54,162 nt of DNA, from IMG/VR virus record IMGVR_UViG_3300044655_000258, positions 1-54,162 of that record. One strand, written 5' to 3'. Below the pieces are notes generated by a model. That model did no database searches. It saw nothing but the letters and a program-made list of their open reading frames with translations, and had not been told where the DNA came from. This document shows positions 15,007 to 24,248 of this stretch, piece after piece. Made by a program: the position numbers and the translations under genes. Each line of letters begins with the position of its first letter. Within the stretch, counting starts at the first letter, position 1. The stretch is from a virus (Duplodnaviria; Caudoviricetes).

Positions 15007-16785
15007 TCATCCTTCGCAAGCCAAGCAGGTGTCACCATCTGCAATCTGTTTCAAATCAATTTCATCTTCGATGCGTTGACGTTTAATCTGCGCACCAACC
15101 TTGTCTGCCTTCTTCACTTTCTCACTGCGGAGATAGTACAAACTCTTGAGTCCACTCTTCCAAGCCAAGAAGTGAACGCTGTGCAGATACTTCACAGACA
15201 CGTTAGCAGGGAAGAACAGATTAACCGACTGTCCCTGATCAATGTACTTCTGACGGTCAGCAGCAAGCTCAATCAACCATCGTTGATCAATCTCCATCGC
15301 TGTCTTGTACACTTCCTTCAGCTGCTCAGGCACGTCCAGATGCTGAATAGAACCATCATTGGCAATGATGGATGCCCATGTATCGTCGTCGTCTTTACCA
15401 AGCTGTGCAAGCTCTGCTTTGAGGAAACGATTCTTGTACACGAACGCACCCGATAATGTATCTTGACGGAATACATTAGCGCGATAAGGCTCGATTGATG
15501 GGGACGTATTGCCCATGATCAGGCTGCTAGAGGCGTTAGGTGCAATAGCAGTCCAGTGACTAAAGCGACGACGAATACCACTGAGATGTGCATCAGGGCA
15601 TTCGCCACGTGATGTAACCAAGATAGCATCACCAATCGTGCATTGGCTGTGGATGTGTTTAAAGATTTCATTGTTGTAGCTTTTAGCCATGACACCATCA
15701 ATGGCAACACCTTTCTTTTGTAGGAAAGCATGGAAGCCTAGTGTGCCGATACCGATGCTACGCTCCATGAGAGCACTGGCACGAGCACGAGCGATAGTGT
15801 CTGGTGCATTGTCAATAAAGTATTGAAGCACATTGTCCAACATCTCCATAACATCAAGGATGAATTGTTTGTCCTTTTTCCATTCGTCATAGTATTCCAA
15901 ATTCAGTGAAGACAAGCAGCATACAGCTGTACGTTTCTCGTTTGTTGGCAAGAAGATTTCTGTGCAGAGATTGCTACCGTTGATGGTGAAGCCTTTGTCT
16001 TGCAACCAAGATGGCAAAGCTTTGTTGGCTGTGTCAATGAAGACAAGATAGGGTTCGCCTGTCTGCATGCGCAGGTCCAAGATCTTTTGCCACAGATACT
16101 TAGCCGACACAGTCTCAACCACTTCACCGTTGGAGGGGTTGATCAGGTTGAAGCTGTCGTCTGCGTTGTCGTCTTTCATGCAGCGTTCGATGATATTCAT
16201 GAACTCGTCAGACATGTTGATGCCGTGGTGCATGTTCAAGGTGCGAACGTTCTGGTCACCAGTGGGCTTACGCATCTCCAGAAACTGGATGATGTCAGGG
16301 TGATTGATGTTGAGATAGGCAGCATAGCTACCACGGCGTGTGCGTCCTTGACGGTAGGCCAATGAACTAGCGTCATAAATTTTCAAGTGTGGCATAACCC
16401 CTGTCGACTTGTCGTCACTGTTGCGGATACCAACGTGAACACCGACACCACCACCCATCATCGAGAGCCAGTTAGTCTCTGAAAGATTATCGACCAAACC
16501 TTCTGCGCTATCATCCATATAATTAAGAAAACAGCTAATAGGCAACCCGCGCTTAGAACGACCAAAAGATAAGATAGGAGTAGAATAACTGAGCCAATGT
16601 TTACTAGAGTAGTCATACAGTCTTTGAGCATGTTCTTCATTACTTGCAAACGCTGCAGATACGAATGCGAATCGTTCTTGTGGACTTGTTTCATCTTCTT
16701 TCATGTAGCTTTCTTTAAGACGCTGCAGTCCGAGTTCGTCGAACAATGCATCACGGGATAGGTCAATGTCAACCTTGAATGTCAT
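15007..16785 (-). CDS. nrdA: Ribonucleotide reductase class Ia alpha subunit (no ATP cone)
   Basis: ISCF, SNLCTEI, IAPNASSS, YIDQGQSVN, KSLYYLR, C-terminal CLACEG. Confidence 0.96.
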   Translation of the reverse strand: MTFKVDIDLSRDALFDELGLQRLKESYMKEDETSPQERFAFVSAAFASNEEHAQRLYDYSSKHWLSYSTPILSFGRSKRGLPISCFLNYMDDSAEGLVDNLSETNWLSMMGGGVGVHVGIRNSDDKSTGVMPHLKIYDASSLAYRQGRTRRGSYAAYLNINHPDIIQFLEMRKPTGDQNVRTLNMHHGINMSDEFMNIIERCMKDDNADDSFNLINPSNGEVVETVSAKYLWQKILDLRMQTGEPYLVFIDTANKALPSWLQDKGFTINGSNLCTEIFLPTNEKRTAVCCLSSLNLEYYDEWKKDKQFILDVMEMLDNVLQYFIDNAPDTIARARASALMERSIGIGTLGFHAFLQKKGVAIDGVMAKSYNNEIFKHIHSQCTIGDAILVTSRGECPDAHLSGIRRRFSHWTAIAPNASSSLIMGNTSPSIEPYRANVFRQDTLSGAFVYKNRFLKAELAQLGKDDDDTWASIIANDGSIQHLDVPEQLKEVYKTAMEIDQRWLIELAADRQKYIDQGQSVNLFFPANVSVKYLHSVHFLAWKSGLKSLYYLRSEKVKKADKVGAQIKRQRIEDEIDLKQIADGDTCLACEG

Positions 16786-16807
16786 GGAGTAATACCTTTG
16801 TGTTAGA

Positions 16808-16833
16808 GGAAAAGAAAGCAGCCGAAGCTGCTT
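16808..16833 (-). terminator. UUCG hairpin with U-rich tail upstream of nrdA
   Basis: AAGCAGC-TTCG-GCTGCTT-TCTTTT on the minus strand. Confidence 0.6.
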
Positions 16834-16860
16834 GTGAGGGAGGGGTAGGAGTTATACCAT

Positions 16861-17175
16861 CTATCGAGTATCACCGCTGCCTTGAATGACATCACGTTGT
16901 TGCCTTGATGACAGCTTCTCAAGGTTGTGCTCAGCCACTTGCGACAACATCCAACCGTGGTCTTTAGCAACTGCAGCAACCTGCCACAACACATCACCAA
17001 GTTCTTTCTTGATGTGCGTATTGTATTCCTCAACATCGCCCCCATCTCGGCGGTGCTTTGCAGCCTTACCCGCAACTTCACCAGCCTCGGCAAAGAGATT
17101 GAGCAGAGCATACTCACGGTCTGCTGTAGGCAAACGGAAGGTCATTGCTGACCGTTGATATTGATCGAGATTCAT
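16861..17175 (-). CDS. mazG: MazG-like nucleoside triphosphate pyrophosphohydrolase
   Basis: LFAEAGEVA, KKELGDVLWQV, NLEKLSSR..R..IQGSGD; start moved to MNLDQYQ. Confidence 0.9.
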   Translation of the reverse strand: MNLDQYQRSAMTFRLPTADREYALLNLFAEAGEVAGKAAKHRRDGGDVEEYNTHIKKELGDVLWQVAAVAKDHGWMLSQVAEHNLEKLSSRQQRDVIQGSGDTR

Positions 17176-17330
17176 TACAGTTTCCTTCCAAAGGCAGCTA
17201 CGCCTGCGATAACCAACACCACCACAGATGCGTGGATCAATGTAGGCATAACAACAAACCACCAACTCCAATCGATGAAGCCTGTAAGTTTCAACGCTAC
17301 AAACAAAAGTGTTAATAGAGATAAGAACAT
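17175..17330 (-). CDS. Small membrane protein
   Basis: Not in ORF track; MFLSLLTLLFVALKLTGFIDWSWWFVVMP..., 51 aa. Confidence 0.7.
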   Translation of the reverse strand: MFLSLLTLLFVALKLTGFIDWSWWFVVMPTLIHASVVVLVIAGVAAFGRKL

Positions 17331-17332
17331 TA

Positions 17333-17497
17333 TCATTCCTCTGTTGGTGTTGCTACTTTACCTGCTTCGATGGCATCGGTGATGCAGGCAATAATGGCGT
17401 AACGAATCAGGAAGTCTTTAGCGTCTGCGTCTAGGTAGACATTGCAGTCTGCAGATCCATCATCGTTTTCTTTGATGCTTTCAATTTCTATTTTCAT
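17333..17497 (-). CDS. Hypothetical protein
   Basis: Not in ORF track; MKIEIESIKENDDGSADC..., 54 aa, fills the gap exactly. Confidence 0.65.
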   Translation of the reverse strand: MKIEIESIKENDDGSADCNVYLDADAKDFLIRYAIIACITDAIEAGKVATPTEE

Positions 17498-18387
17498 CAG
17501 AACAACTCCGGTTTAAGTTCTTTGATCTTCGCTGTCGTGTAGTGCGACAACACCTTGAAGTCAATCTTTGGATTCTTAAACTCCTTCACGAAGTTCCAAG
17601 TTTCCTCAGTGACTAAGTCGTAGTATACAGTGTGAATCAAACGAGGGATGTATTTGCTGGACCATCCTTCCATTTCATTCGTGATCTTTGCAACAACCTT
17701 GTCCACCAAAGCCTGCGTCACATACTTAGCAACGATCTTCTCTTCAACGATTTCACAACCAACAACAGGCGCACCCATTGCGATGTGATGCTTGGCTTTG
17801 AATTCGTTGGTGACAATCTTGGCCCAAGTCTGACGACCATACTTGTTCTGGTAGTCGTAGTTCTTTACCACCACACCTTCACCACTACCTTCACCGTCCT
17901 TCACCAAGTAGTGTGCCTTGCTCAGACACTCAGTGAAGTGGGCTTCAGTGCCGTTCTTGATGATGGCAATAGGGGCAATGACGTTGATACCAGCAGCGAT
18001 CAAGCCTTCTGAGTATTCGTCATAGCTCAGCAGTCGTTCTTTGATACGGTCATACACATCGAACACATAGAACTTGCGCCATGCATCGTCGTTGTAGGTC
18101 TTCAGCGTGTGCGGCACAAGCCATTCACCGTAGAGAACATGTTCGTTGTTCGCCATTATGTACGTTAGTACGGGTACATTGTCCATCATGGCGTTCATGA
18201 AACCAGCATTGTCGTTGTCCGGTGATAGCTCACGGTTGCGACTACCACAGCGCAGTGTGCCAGCCTCATACCAGACACTACCGTTAGTACCATCTAGCTT
18301 AGGGAACACGTAGCATGTCCCCACTTCAATGCCTTCCACTTCGGTGTTACCGTAGCGTTCAAGGTGTTGATATTTGATGAAGCTCAT
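17497..18387 (-). CDS. RNA ligase (Rnl2-like nucleotidyltransferase)
   Basis: Motif I PKLDGTN, III LYGEW, IIIa FYVFDV, IV EGVVVK, V WAKIV. Confidence 0.85.
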   Translation of the reverse strand: MSFIKYQHLERYGNTEVEGIEVGTCYVFPKLDGTNGSVWYEAGTLRCGSRNRELSPDNDNAGFMNAMMDNVPVLTYIMANNEHVLYGEWLVPHTLKTYNDDAWRKFYVFDVYDRIKERLLSYDEYSEGLIAAGINVIAPIAIIKNGTEAHFTECLSKAHYLVKDGEGSGEGVVVKNYDYQNKYGRQTWAKIVTNEFKAKHHIAMGAPVVGCEIVEEKIVAKYVTQALVDKVVAKITNEMEGWSSKYIPRLIHTVYYDLVTEETWNFVKEFKNPKIDFKVLSHYTTAKIKELKPELF

Positions 18388-18764
18388 TTCTTTTTCCTTT
18401 CAAGTTTCTCTTGATCAGTTTTGATTTTATGACAAGGCTTACACATCACCTGCAGATCTTCTATCTCACAGAACATACGGTTGATATAAATATCCCAGCT
18501 AACAAACCCCTTCTTAGGGTCTACAACGGGCTTGATATGATCGACCTGTACATCGGTAGCAACATAGAGTTTCTTGCAAGCAGCGCACGTGTAATGCATT
18601 GCCAGCTTACCAGTCTTTGCATTCACTTTCCTGCCAGCGAAAGCTTCCTTCAAAGCTTTGTACTTCGGAGGCCAGCGCCGTGATGCAGCACGTAGGGCAG
18701 AGGTCACGAAAGATTTGAATCGCGCCTCTGTCCATTCACCACCATTGCGTTTCTTATCTGTCAC
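18384..18764 (-). CDS. HNH endonuclease (replication-module type)
   Basis: CAAC, QVDHIKPV, LQVMCKPCHKIKT; probable GTG start at 18764. Confidence 0.85.
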   Translation of the reverse strand: MTDKKRNGGEWTEARFKSFVTSALRAASRRWPPKYKALKEAFAGRKVNAKTGKLAMHYTCAACKKLYVATDVQVDHIKPVVDPKKGFVSWDIYINRMFCEIEDLQVMCKPCHKIKTDQEKLERKKK

Positions 18765-18945
18765 TTGGTACAGCTTCAAAGGCAACGTTGGTCATGTCCA
18801 ACACATCTCTCGGTTCAACTAAGATGTTCTGCACAATACCACACACATCGTCAACGTCTAGCGCAACGAAGTAGTAGGTGTTGTCTGGTGTATCTTCTAC
18901 CGCTACAACAAAGCCGTTCTCAGCATCAGTGATTGTTAGTTTCAT
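18754..18945 (-). CDS. Hypothetical protein
   Basis: 63 aa, coupled to neighbours. Confidence 0.65.
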   Translation of the reverse strand: MKLTITDAENGFVVAVEDTPDNTYYFVALDVDDVCGIVQNILVEPRDVLDMTNVAFEAVPSDR

Positions 18946-19115
18946 TCTAGCCCTTCCACATCAACCTTGTTGAATGTTATCTCTGCATCAAGCCTACTCA
19001 TGGCGTAGATGATGTGTTCCTTGACAGTGTCGATGAGGTAGTCTTCGTTAGCATACTCAGCACCCAAGTCATCAACATCAATCTCAGCTTCAAATGTCAC
19101 TGTTACTTTTGTCAT
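18942..19115 (-). CDS. Hypothetical protein
   Basis: Not in ORF track; MTKVTVTFEAEIDV..., 57 aa, AGGAG RBS. Confidence 0.65.
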   Translation of the reverse strand: MTKVTVTFEAEIDVDDLGAEYANEDYLIDTVKEHIIYAMSRLDAEITFNKVDVEGLE

Positions 19116-19551
19116 TGTGTTCTCCTAAGTCAAAGGCTACAAGGTAGAGTAGGCAGCAAATAGCGTGAGCCAGATGATGCTTACCAGTTTCTGGATCGTG
19201 TGTTTCACCACTGGCATAGGCAGTGAAGTGACGAAAGCCTGCGTCGATGTAACGACGACGAGCATCAGGCACCTTCTTCCAGTTGTCGGGAGCATACTTC
19301 TTCGCACCGTAGGTCAACACTTCAACGACCTGTGTCAGTGCTCCGAAGGGCAGCAAAGACCATTGCGGTTTGCCGTTGTCATACTTGACACCACTAGCAG
19401 GCTGAACACCAATACCTTTTGAAAAGGCTGCGTCTTGTGGTTTGTATTGCAATACGTTACTCACCCAATTACTGTAAGGATTATCACAAGTCACACACGG
19501 TTCTTGATCACCATCTATGTGACGATAAAGACAGTTAGCACACTCTTTCAT
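19090..19551 (-). CDS. dATP/dGTP diphosphohydrolase (DUF5664-type) domain protein
   Basis: GVKYDNGKPQWSLLP, YGAKKYAPDNW, RH...DPETGKHHLAHA; N-terminal CxxC/CxxC. Confidence 0.85.
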   Translation of the reverse strand: MKECANCLYRHIDGDQEPCVTCDNPYSNWVSNVLQYKPQDAAFSKGIGVQPASGVKYDNGKPQWSLLPFGALTQVVEVLTYGAKKYAPDNWKKVPDARRRYIDAGFRHFTAYASGETHDPETGKHHLAHAICCLLYLVAFDLGEHNDKSNSDI

Positions 19552-19862
19552 TGCACACCTCCCTCACACTTAGTGTCTTTGGTAAGCAACGCAGTACCAC
19601 CATCACCAATGAGTACATCACCAGTGAGTTGTTCAGCCCTGTCACGAAGCAACTCAGTAAAAGCTTTGCTCTCTTCCATCAACGGAACAGCAGCAGCAAG
19701 GTAGCTTGCCACAGTCATCAGGCTACGCATTGGTTCTTCACCAAGCGTCACAGGTCCAGCAACACTCACTAACATCTGGAACGCACCGTCCCATTCAACA
19801 CCATCTTCAATGATGGGTCGTAGCACTACAGCTACATCGTTCGGTTTGAGGGGGGAGTCCAT
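19548..19862 (-). CDS. Hypothetical protein
   Basis: 104 aa, coupled to neighbours. Confidence 0.7.
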   Translation of the reverse strand: MDSPLKPNDVAVVLRPIIEDGVEWDGAFQMLVSVAGPVTLGEEPMRSLMTVASYLAAAVPLMEESKAFTELLRDRAEQLTGDVLIGDGGTALLTKDTKCEGGVQ

Positions 19863-20533
19863 GTTTGTCCTTCATGTCTACGTAAGAAAAGTAGATGGGC
19901 GTTCTCAACAACCCTATCTTCGTTGCCATCATAGGCTTCAACACAGCGCTGAAACATCTCTGTCTCATCCTCTGCTCCTTCTAACATTTTCTTGGCTCTA
20001 ACATTACCAATGTTACGAAGACCTATGATGTTATCAGCAGTGTCGCCTGTCAAGATTTGCATGTACAACCTGAGCAACCCTTCAGCTTCAGTGATGTAAT
20101 AAGCTTCTCTCTTGACGAAGTTGTAATGCCACCCTGCCACTTGGTCTAAGTCTTTGTCCAACGAAACAATGACCCCATTATCACCAAGCTTTGTAGCTTC
20201 AATGGCAATGGAGTCATCGGCTTCTTGACCTTCAGACATGTCAGCTTTCCACTCTTGCACCAGATGTTGACGCAGTGCAGCCAGATGTTTAGGCTTTACT
20301 TTGTCTGCTCTGTTACCTTTGTAGGGGGCTGTGACGGCTATGTTGTTTCTGAAGTTGCCCTTACCAGTAAGGAAGAGCTTCCACTCATCAACGTAGCCAC
20401 ACTTATCTACACCACACATGAGAGTGTTGATGATGAGAGAGTCTACAGACCGGATAGCCTGTAGCTCATCTTCATTCTCACATGCTGCTGCGGCTCGGTA
20501 ACAATAAATGTCCGAGTCCAGAAGCGCAATCAT
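19832..20533 (-). CDS. 5'-3' exonuclease/RNase H (T7 gp6/FEN-like)
   Basis: LDSD, YKGNR, EADD, DKDL, GDTADNIIG. Confidence 0.92.
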   Translation of the reverse strand: MIALLDSDIYCYRAAAACENEDELQAIRSVDSLIINTLMCGVDKCGYVDEWKLFLTGKGNFRNNIAVTAPYKGNRADKVKPKHLAALRQHLVQEWKADMSEGQEADDSIAIEATKLGDNGVIVSLDKDLDQVAGWHYNFVKREAYYITEAEGLLRLYMQILTGDTADNIIGLRNIGNVRAKKMLEGAEDETEMFQRCVEAYDGNEDRVVENAHLLFLRRHEGQTWTPPSNRTM

Positions 20534-20721
20534 CAGTCGCTCAGACCTGCGGATTGTTCAGCTTGCTCAGCTTTAGCAGCAGCCTGTGCAGCTTCAAACT
20601 GTGGGGCAGCTTGTTGCTGAATGACATTGATATGCTGTGCAGCAAACTCGTAAGGCAACTTACCCAATGCAGTCAGGCAAGCGTTAACGGTGTCGAGGTG
20701 GAGGTCCAATTTGATTTGCAT
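20533..20721 (-). CDS. Hypothetical protein
   Basis: 62 aa, AAGGA RBS. Confidence 0.7.
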   Translation of the reverse strand: MQIKLDLHLDTVNACLTALGKLPYEFAAQHINVIQQQAAPQFEAAQAAAKAEQAEQSAGLSD

Positions 20722-20738
20722 AGTATTTCCTTTAAGTA

Positions 20739-21149
20739 TTACAGAACGTCTTCATCATCAGCAGAGATGTTGCCACCAGCTGCGTACTCAACCAAGTCGG
20801 TGATGACCAACTTAGCCAACGAAGGGCTAACGCCTTTCTTGTTTTTGTATGTCCAAGGGTAGCTACCAACCATACAGATTGCTTTGCTACCGTTGCCAAT
20901 GTCTTCAACGATTTCTTCGTTGTCAGTGTCAAAAGCTTTGATGGGACGCTGGCTCTTGCAGGTGATGTACTTACCCTGCTCAGGCTTCTTCTCAAGGTTC
21001 TCTTGCACAGAGATACCCATGTCTTCCAATGCAGCCACTGCCTTATCAGACAGGTTACACAGGTCAACCATGTAGGCATCAGCCATCTCGTTCTTACGAT
21101 TCAGTGAAGCCCAATATACATCGGCTTTCAGTTTCAACTTGTCACTCAT
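20739..21149 (-). CDS. Single-stranded DNA-binding protein (gp2.5-like)
   Basis: VYWA, IGNGS, V.DLVEY, acidic C-terminus; position next to the polymerase. Confidence 0.8.
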   Translation of the reverse strand: MSDKLKLKADVYWASLNRKNEMADAYMVDLCNLSDKAVAALEDMGISVQENLEKKPEQGKYITCKSQRPIKAFDTDNEEIVEDIGNGSKAICMVGSYPWTYKNKKGVSPSLAKLVITDLVEYAAGGNISADDEDVL

Positions 21150-21208
21150 TTGAGTTTCCTTTGATTTAAATGCTGACCAATTTAACAGGGGTCAGCTTCC
21201 TGCATGCT

Positions 21209-23278
21209 TCATTGTATCACCAACTTTTCAGCGGCGTCAATGTAGTATTTGTAATCGACATCCTTCCACGTGAAGTCGTTGATGTCGTTGCAGGTCCACA
21301 TACCGTAGCCATCACCAATACCTATGCGGCGTGGCTCAGCTTCTTCCTTCAGAGGTGGCATCACTTTGACAAGGGCACCACCTGCATTGCAAGCATAGAA
21401 CCTACACATGTTTTGTTGCTGCACTTCTGTACCGTCCTGCATCACCATCACAAGCTTGCTGCTACGAGGCACCTTAACCCTGAGCATGAAGTCATACTTG
21501 TTCTTATGACCTTTGATGTATACGTCAAGAGGAATGCCATGCAGCATAGCCGCTTCAGCTGCCATCGGTATGACCAAGCCACCCTGATCTTGATGCCAGC
21601 CTAAGTCTTCATACTGATACGCACCCTTACGCTTCACCTTACCGTTGGTGTATACAGCGATGTAGTTGTTCACGTCACGAATAATCATCTTTGAATACTC
21701 AGCATACTCAAGCTGTAGACCAACCTGTCTTTGCCATGCATCACAGATGTTGATGTACTCATCACGCTTGTCACGTGGTAGCTTCACAGTGATACCGTCT
21801 GTGTTGACCTGCACAATAGTCAAGCCTTCAATGTCCATCAGCTTCTCAGCTAACAGGCACAGCGACAACTGACCATTGATGGTGATCGTCATCGTGTATT
21901 GCGGGTCATAGAAGGGGCTGTACTTGTTGTTACTATCCCCGTACACACCGTTCAATGCAAGCTTCAGCATGGCGTTCTCAGCGCTGCCTTTGGGGTAGCT
22001 CTTACGCTGCTCGTACACGTCTTGGTAGATGTCACAGAACTTCTCAGACAAGTGCTCAGGATAGACACGGTTGGCAATGGCAATGTTCGGATACATTGAT
22101 GCAACGTCTGCGTCGATGATCATGTGTTTGTCATCTTCACTGACGATCTGTGACTCAACAGATCCGTGAATACCACCAGTGCCGAAGTCGAAACGAAAGC
22201 CATTGATTGTGACGTTCAAGTTGGTAGCAACTTTCCAGTTCTTCCAATAGCTGTATTGCTTCTCACCCTTTTTCTTAGCCTTCAACTCTTCCTCTGATAC
22301 CCATCCCATTGGATGCAAAGCTTTGAAGCCTGCAACAACATCATCGCTTGGTTTGTTGAACCACTTCTGACGCTTCGTCACCATCTCAGCATAGGCTGCT
22401 AGGTCACCAAGGTCGCTCTCTTCAATGTCAGACAGCGCACCCTTTGTTTCTGTCAAAGACTGTGCAGCAAACCAAGCAAGCACAAGCTGAAACTCAGGAC
22501 GATTGAAGTCGTAGTAGTTGAACAGACAATCTTTGATGTGAATCACTGATCGCTTTGTCTGATTGATGTGACGCTCACCCTTCTTACCAACACGATAACA
22601 ACTACCGGGCATGTCTTCTTCAAGACGCATGATGAAGTAGTCTTTGCCGATCTTCGTATCGTTGTGGTTGAGGAAGTTGCGACCATACTTTGTAGACAAC
22701 TCTTCACGGAATATAATCTGTGACAGGCATTCTTTGTAGAACTGCAGCGTCATCTTCACATCGTGCATGTTGTATTTTAACAACACATCAATCTGGTCAT
22801 CAGTCAATTCAGAGTGAGGATCGTAAGGTAGGTCAACGATGCTGTCAGCTTTCATGTTGAACTCAAGCGCCTTCAACGATGTAGCCCTTGCGGGATTGTC
22901 GAAGTGCATGATCTTGAACAGGTCAACTTGCTGTACATACTGTTGGTTGTCACGGATGAGGTGACCAAACCTGTCGTCACTACCAATGATGCTCTGTGCT
23001 TTCTTGTACGCACGTGTAGCCACAGCCCTGCCAGACACTGTCACTGCCTTGTCTCGTACAGACAATAAGTCGTGCAGCACAGGGTAGTCAAAGCCTATGT
23101 TGTTGTACCCCACCATCCTGTGTTTCTTCTTCTTCAACTCGTCGAGGAAGCTGAACAATGCAGGGGCTTCGTTCTTTCGTTGTGAGCATTCAAACGCTAC
23201 AGCATGCGACTCATCAGCACTGATCGCTGAGAATGTGAACGCTGTCTTGTAAGTCTCTATGTCCCACAGGTAGTCCAT
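21209..23278 (-). CDS. Family B-type DNA polymerase with 3'-5' exonuclease
   Basis: Exo WDIE, GYNNIGFD, YNMHD; pol DVASMYP, KLALNGVYG, NTDG, DVNNY. Confidence 0.9.
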   Translation of the reverse strand: MDYLWDIETYKTAFTFSAISADESHAVAFECSQRKNEAPALFSFLDELKKKKHRMVGYNNIGFDYPVLHDLLSVRDKAVTVSGRAVATRAYKKAQSIIGSDDRFGHLIRDNQQYVQQVDLFKIMHFDNPARATSLKALEFNMKADSIVDLPYDPHSELTDDQIDVLLKYNMHDVKMTLQFYKECLSQIIFREELSTKYGRNFLNHNDTKIGKDYFIMRLEEDMPGSCYRVGKKGERHINQTKRSVIHIKDCLFNYYDFNRPEFQLVLAWFAAQSLTETKGALSDIEESDLGDLAAYAEMVTKRQKWFNKPSDDVVAGFKALHPMGWVSEEELKAKKKGEKQYSYWKNWKVATNLNVTINGFRFDFGTGGIHGSVESQIVSEDDKHMIIDADVASMYPNIAIANRVYPEHLSEKFCDIYQDVYEQRKSYPKGSAENAMLKLALNGVYGDSNNKYSPFYDPQYTMTITINGQLSLCLLAEKLMDIEGLTIVQVNTDGITVKLPRDKRDEYINICDAWQRQVGLQLEYAEYSKMIIRDVNNYIAVYTNGKVKRKGAYQYEDLGWHQDQGGLVIPMAAEAAMLHGIPLDVYIKGHKNKYDFMLRVKVPRSSKLVMVMQDGTEVQQQNMCRFYACNAGGALVKVMPPLKEEAEPRRIGIGDGYGMWTCNDINDFTWKDVDYKYYIDAAEKLVIQ
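21211..21240 (-). promoter_or_regulatory. Sigma70 promoter for ssb, inside the 3' end of the polymerase gene
   Basis: TTGACG-18bp-TACAAT with TG extension. Confidence 0.6.
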
Positions 23279-23684
23279 CTTTCTTTTCCTTCTTTGGTTT
23301 CGGGAACAGTTTATCACGGTAGGCTCTCATCAGTGAAGCACTCACGTTCTGAATAGCATACGCCTCTATCTCACTACCGGGATTGTCTTCGCAGATATAC
23401 CTGAAGTATTCCTGCACCACATGCACAGCTTCGTGTACCAACAATGTTGCAACGTCGATGCCATCTGTCTCAGGCTTCACAGGTATGCAGACTATGGTGA
23501 CTCTGCTGCCCTTCGGTGTGGTGAAGTAGTGCGTGGTAGCTAGTGCGTCCTGCATCAACCATCTGTCCCAATCTGCGATGGGTATCTTCAAATATCTCAA
23601 TGTGCGATAGTAGTCTGCCTCGGTGGTGCAGACTGCTAAGTGGTCACCTTCTATCAGGCAACGGCTCATCCATTTTGTCGTCAT
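23214..23684 (-). CDS. HExxH-motif (zincin-like) hypothetical protein
   Basis: LVHEAVH...EIEAY; AAGGA RBS before ATG 23684. Confidence 0.7.
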   Translation of the reverse strand: MTTKWMSRCLIEGDHLAVCTTEADYYRTLRYLKIPIADWDRWLMQDALATTHYFTTPKGSRVTIVCIPVKPETDGIDVATLLVHEAVHVVQEYFRYICEDNPGSEIEAYAIQNVSASLMRAYRDKLFPKPKKEKKDGLPVGHRDLQDSVHILSDQC

Positions 23685-23802
23685 CGTTGTCCTTTGTTTG
23701 TTCAGGTTTATCTCTGCCGAAGATGGCATCCCATCGACTGGCCCATTCTTCATCGGCTACAGAACGTGGTCGCTGTGTAGATCCTTTGCCGCCGTCACTC
23801 AT
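23644..23802 (-). CDS. Small phage protein
   Basis: Not in ORF track; MSDGGKGSTQRPRSV...WDAIFG, 52 aa. Confidence 0.6.
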   Translation of the reverse strand: MSDGGKGSTQRPRSVADEEWASRWDAIFGRDKPEQTKDNDDDKMDEPLPDRR

Positions 23803-23929
23803 TGTCGTCCCTCAGTTGTTCATATATGTACAAGTCATGCTCAGCATCTTCAAGATCAGCATAGAGCTTTGCCAGTTCTGTGTTGCCTGTAATGTAGGCT
23901 TCGCGTTCAAGTTCTTTGTAGGTTTTCAT
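23795..23929 (-). CDS. Hypothetical protein
   Basis: Not in ORF track; MKTYKELEREAYITGN..., 44 aa. Confidence 0.55.
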   Translation of the reverse strand: MKTYKELEREAYITGNTELAKLYADLEDAEHDLYIYEQLRDDNE

Positions 23930-24078
23930 CACGCTCTCCGGTTGTTTAAGATTTGCAACAAGATGTTGACACTCTGTACCAACATCATCTGTTCCATCGG
24001 GTCAAGCTGTTGATAGCTTGGTGTAGGGTGGGGCCATCGCTTTCGTATGGCTTCCCAATAACGTTCTACGTCACTCAT
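23929..24078 (-). CDS. Hypothetical protein
   Basis: Not in ORF track; MSDVERYWEAIRK..., 49 aa, GGAG RBS. Confidence 0.55.
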   Translation of the reverse strand: MSDVERYWEAIRKRWPHPTPSYQQLDPMEQMMLVQSVNILLQILNNRRA

Positions 24079-24248
24079 AGTATCTCCAATACTTTGATGA
24101 AACCTAGCTCGTCGCCTATCTCGTTAGACCACGCAACTACTTCACCACCTAAGACTTCATCATTGAACCAAGCAATACCATCAGCATCGTCTTCATGCAT
24201 CATGTCATTGTCATAGGTCAACTCAACTAACATTTTGACTGTCTTCAT
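24075..24248 (-). CDS. Hypothetical protein
   Basis: Not in ORF track; MKTVKMLVELTYD..., 57 aa, ATGA-coupled. Confidence 0.6.
   Translation of the reverse strand: MKTVKMLVELTYDNDMMHEDDADGIAWFNDEVLGGEVVAWSNEIGDELGFIKVLEIL

Noticed and set aside
16861-19551. Modified-base genome (dZ or 7-deazaguanine) suggested by MazG plus dATP/dGTP diphosphohydrolase
   Set aside because: No PurZ, FolE/QueCDE or DpdA seen in the window; both enzymes are common without base modification.
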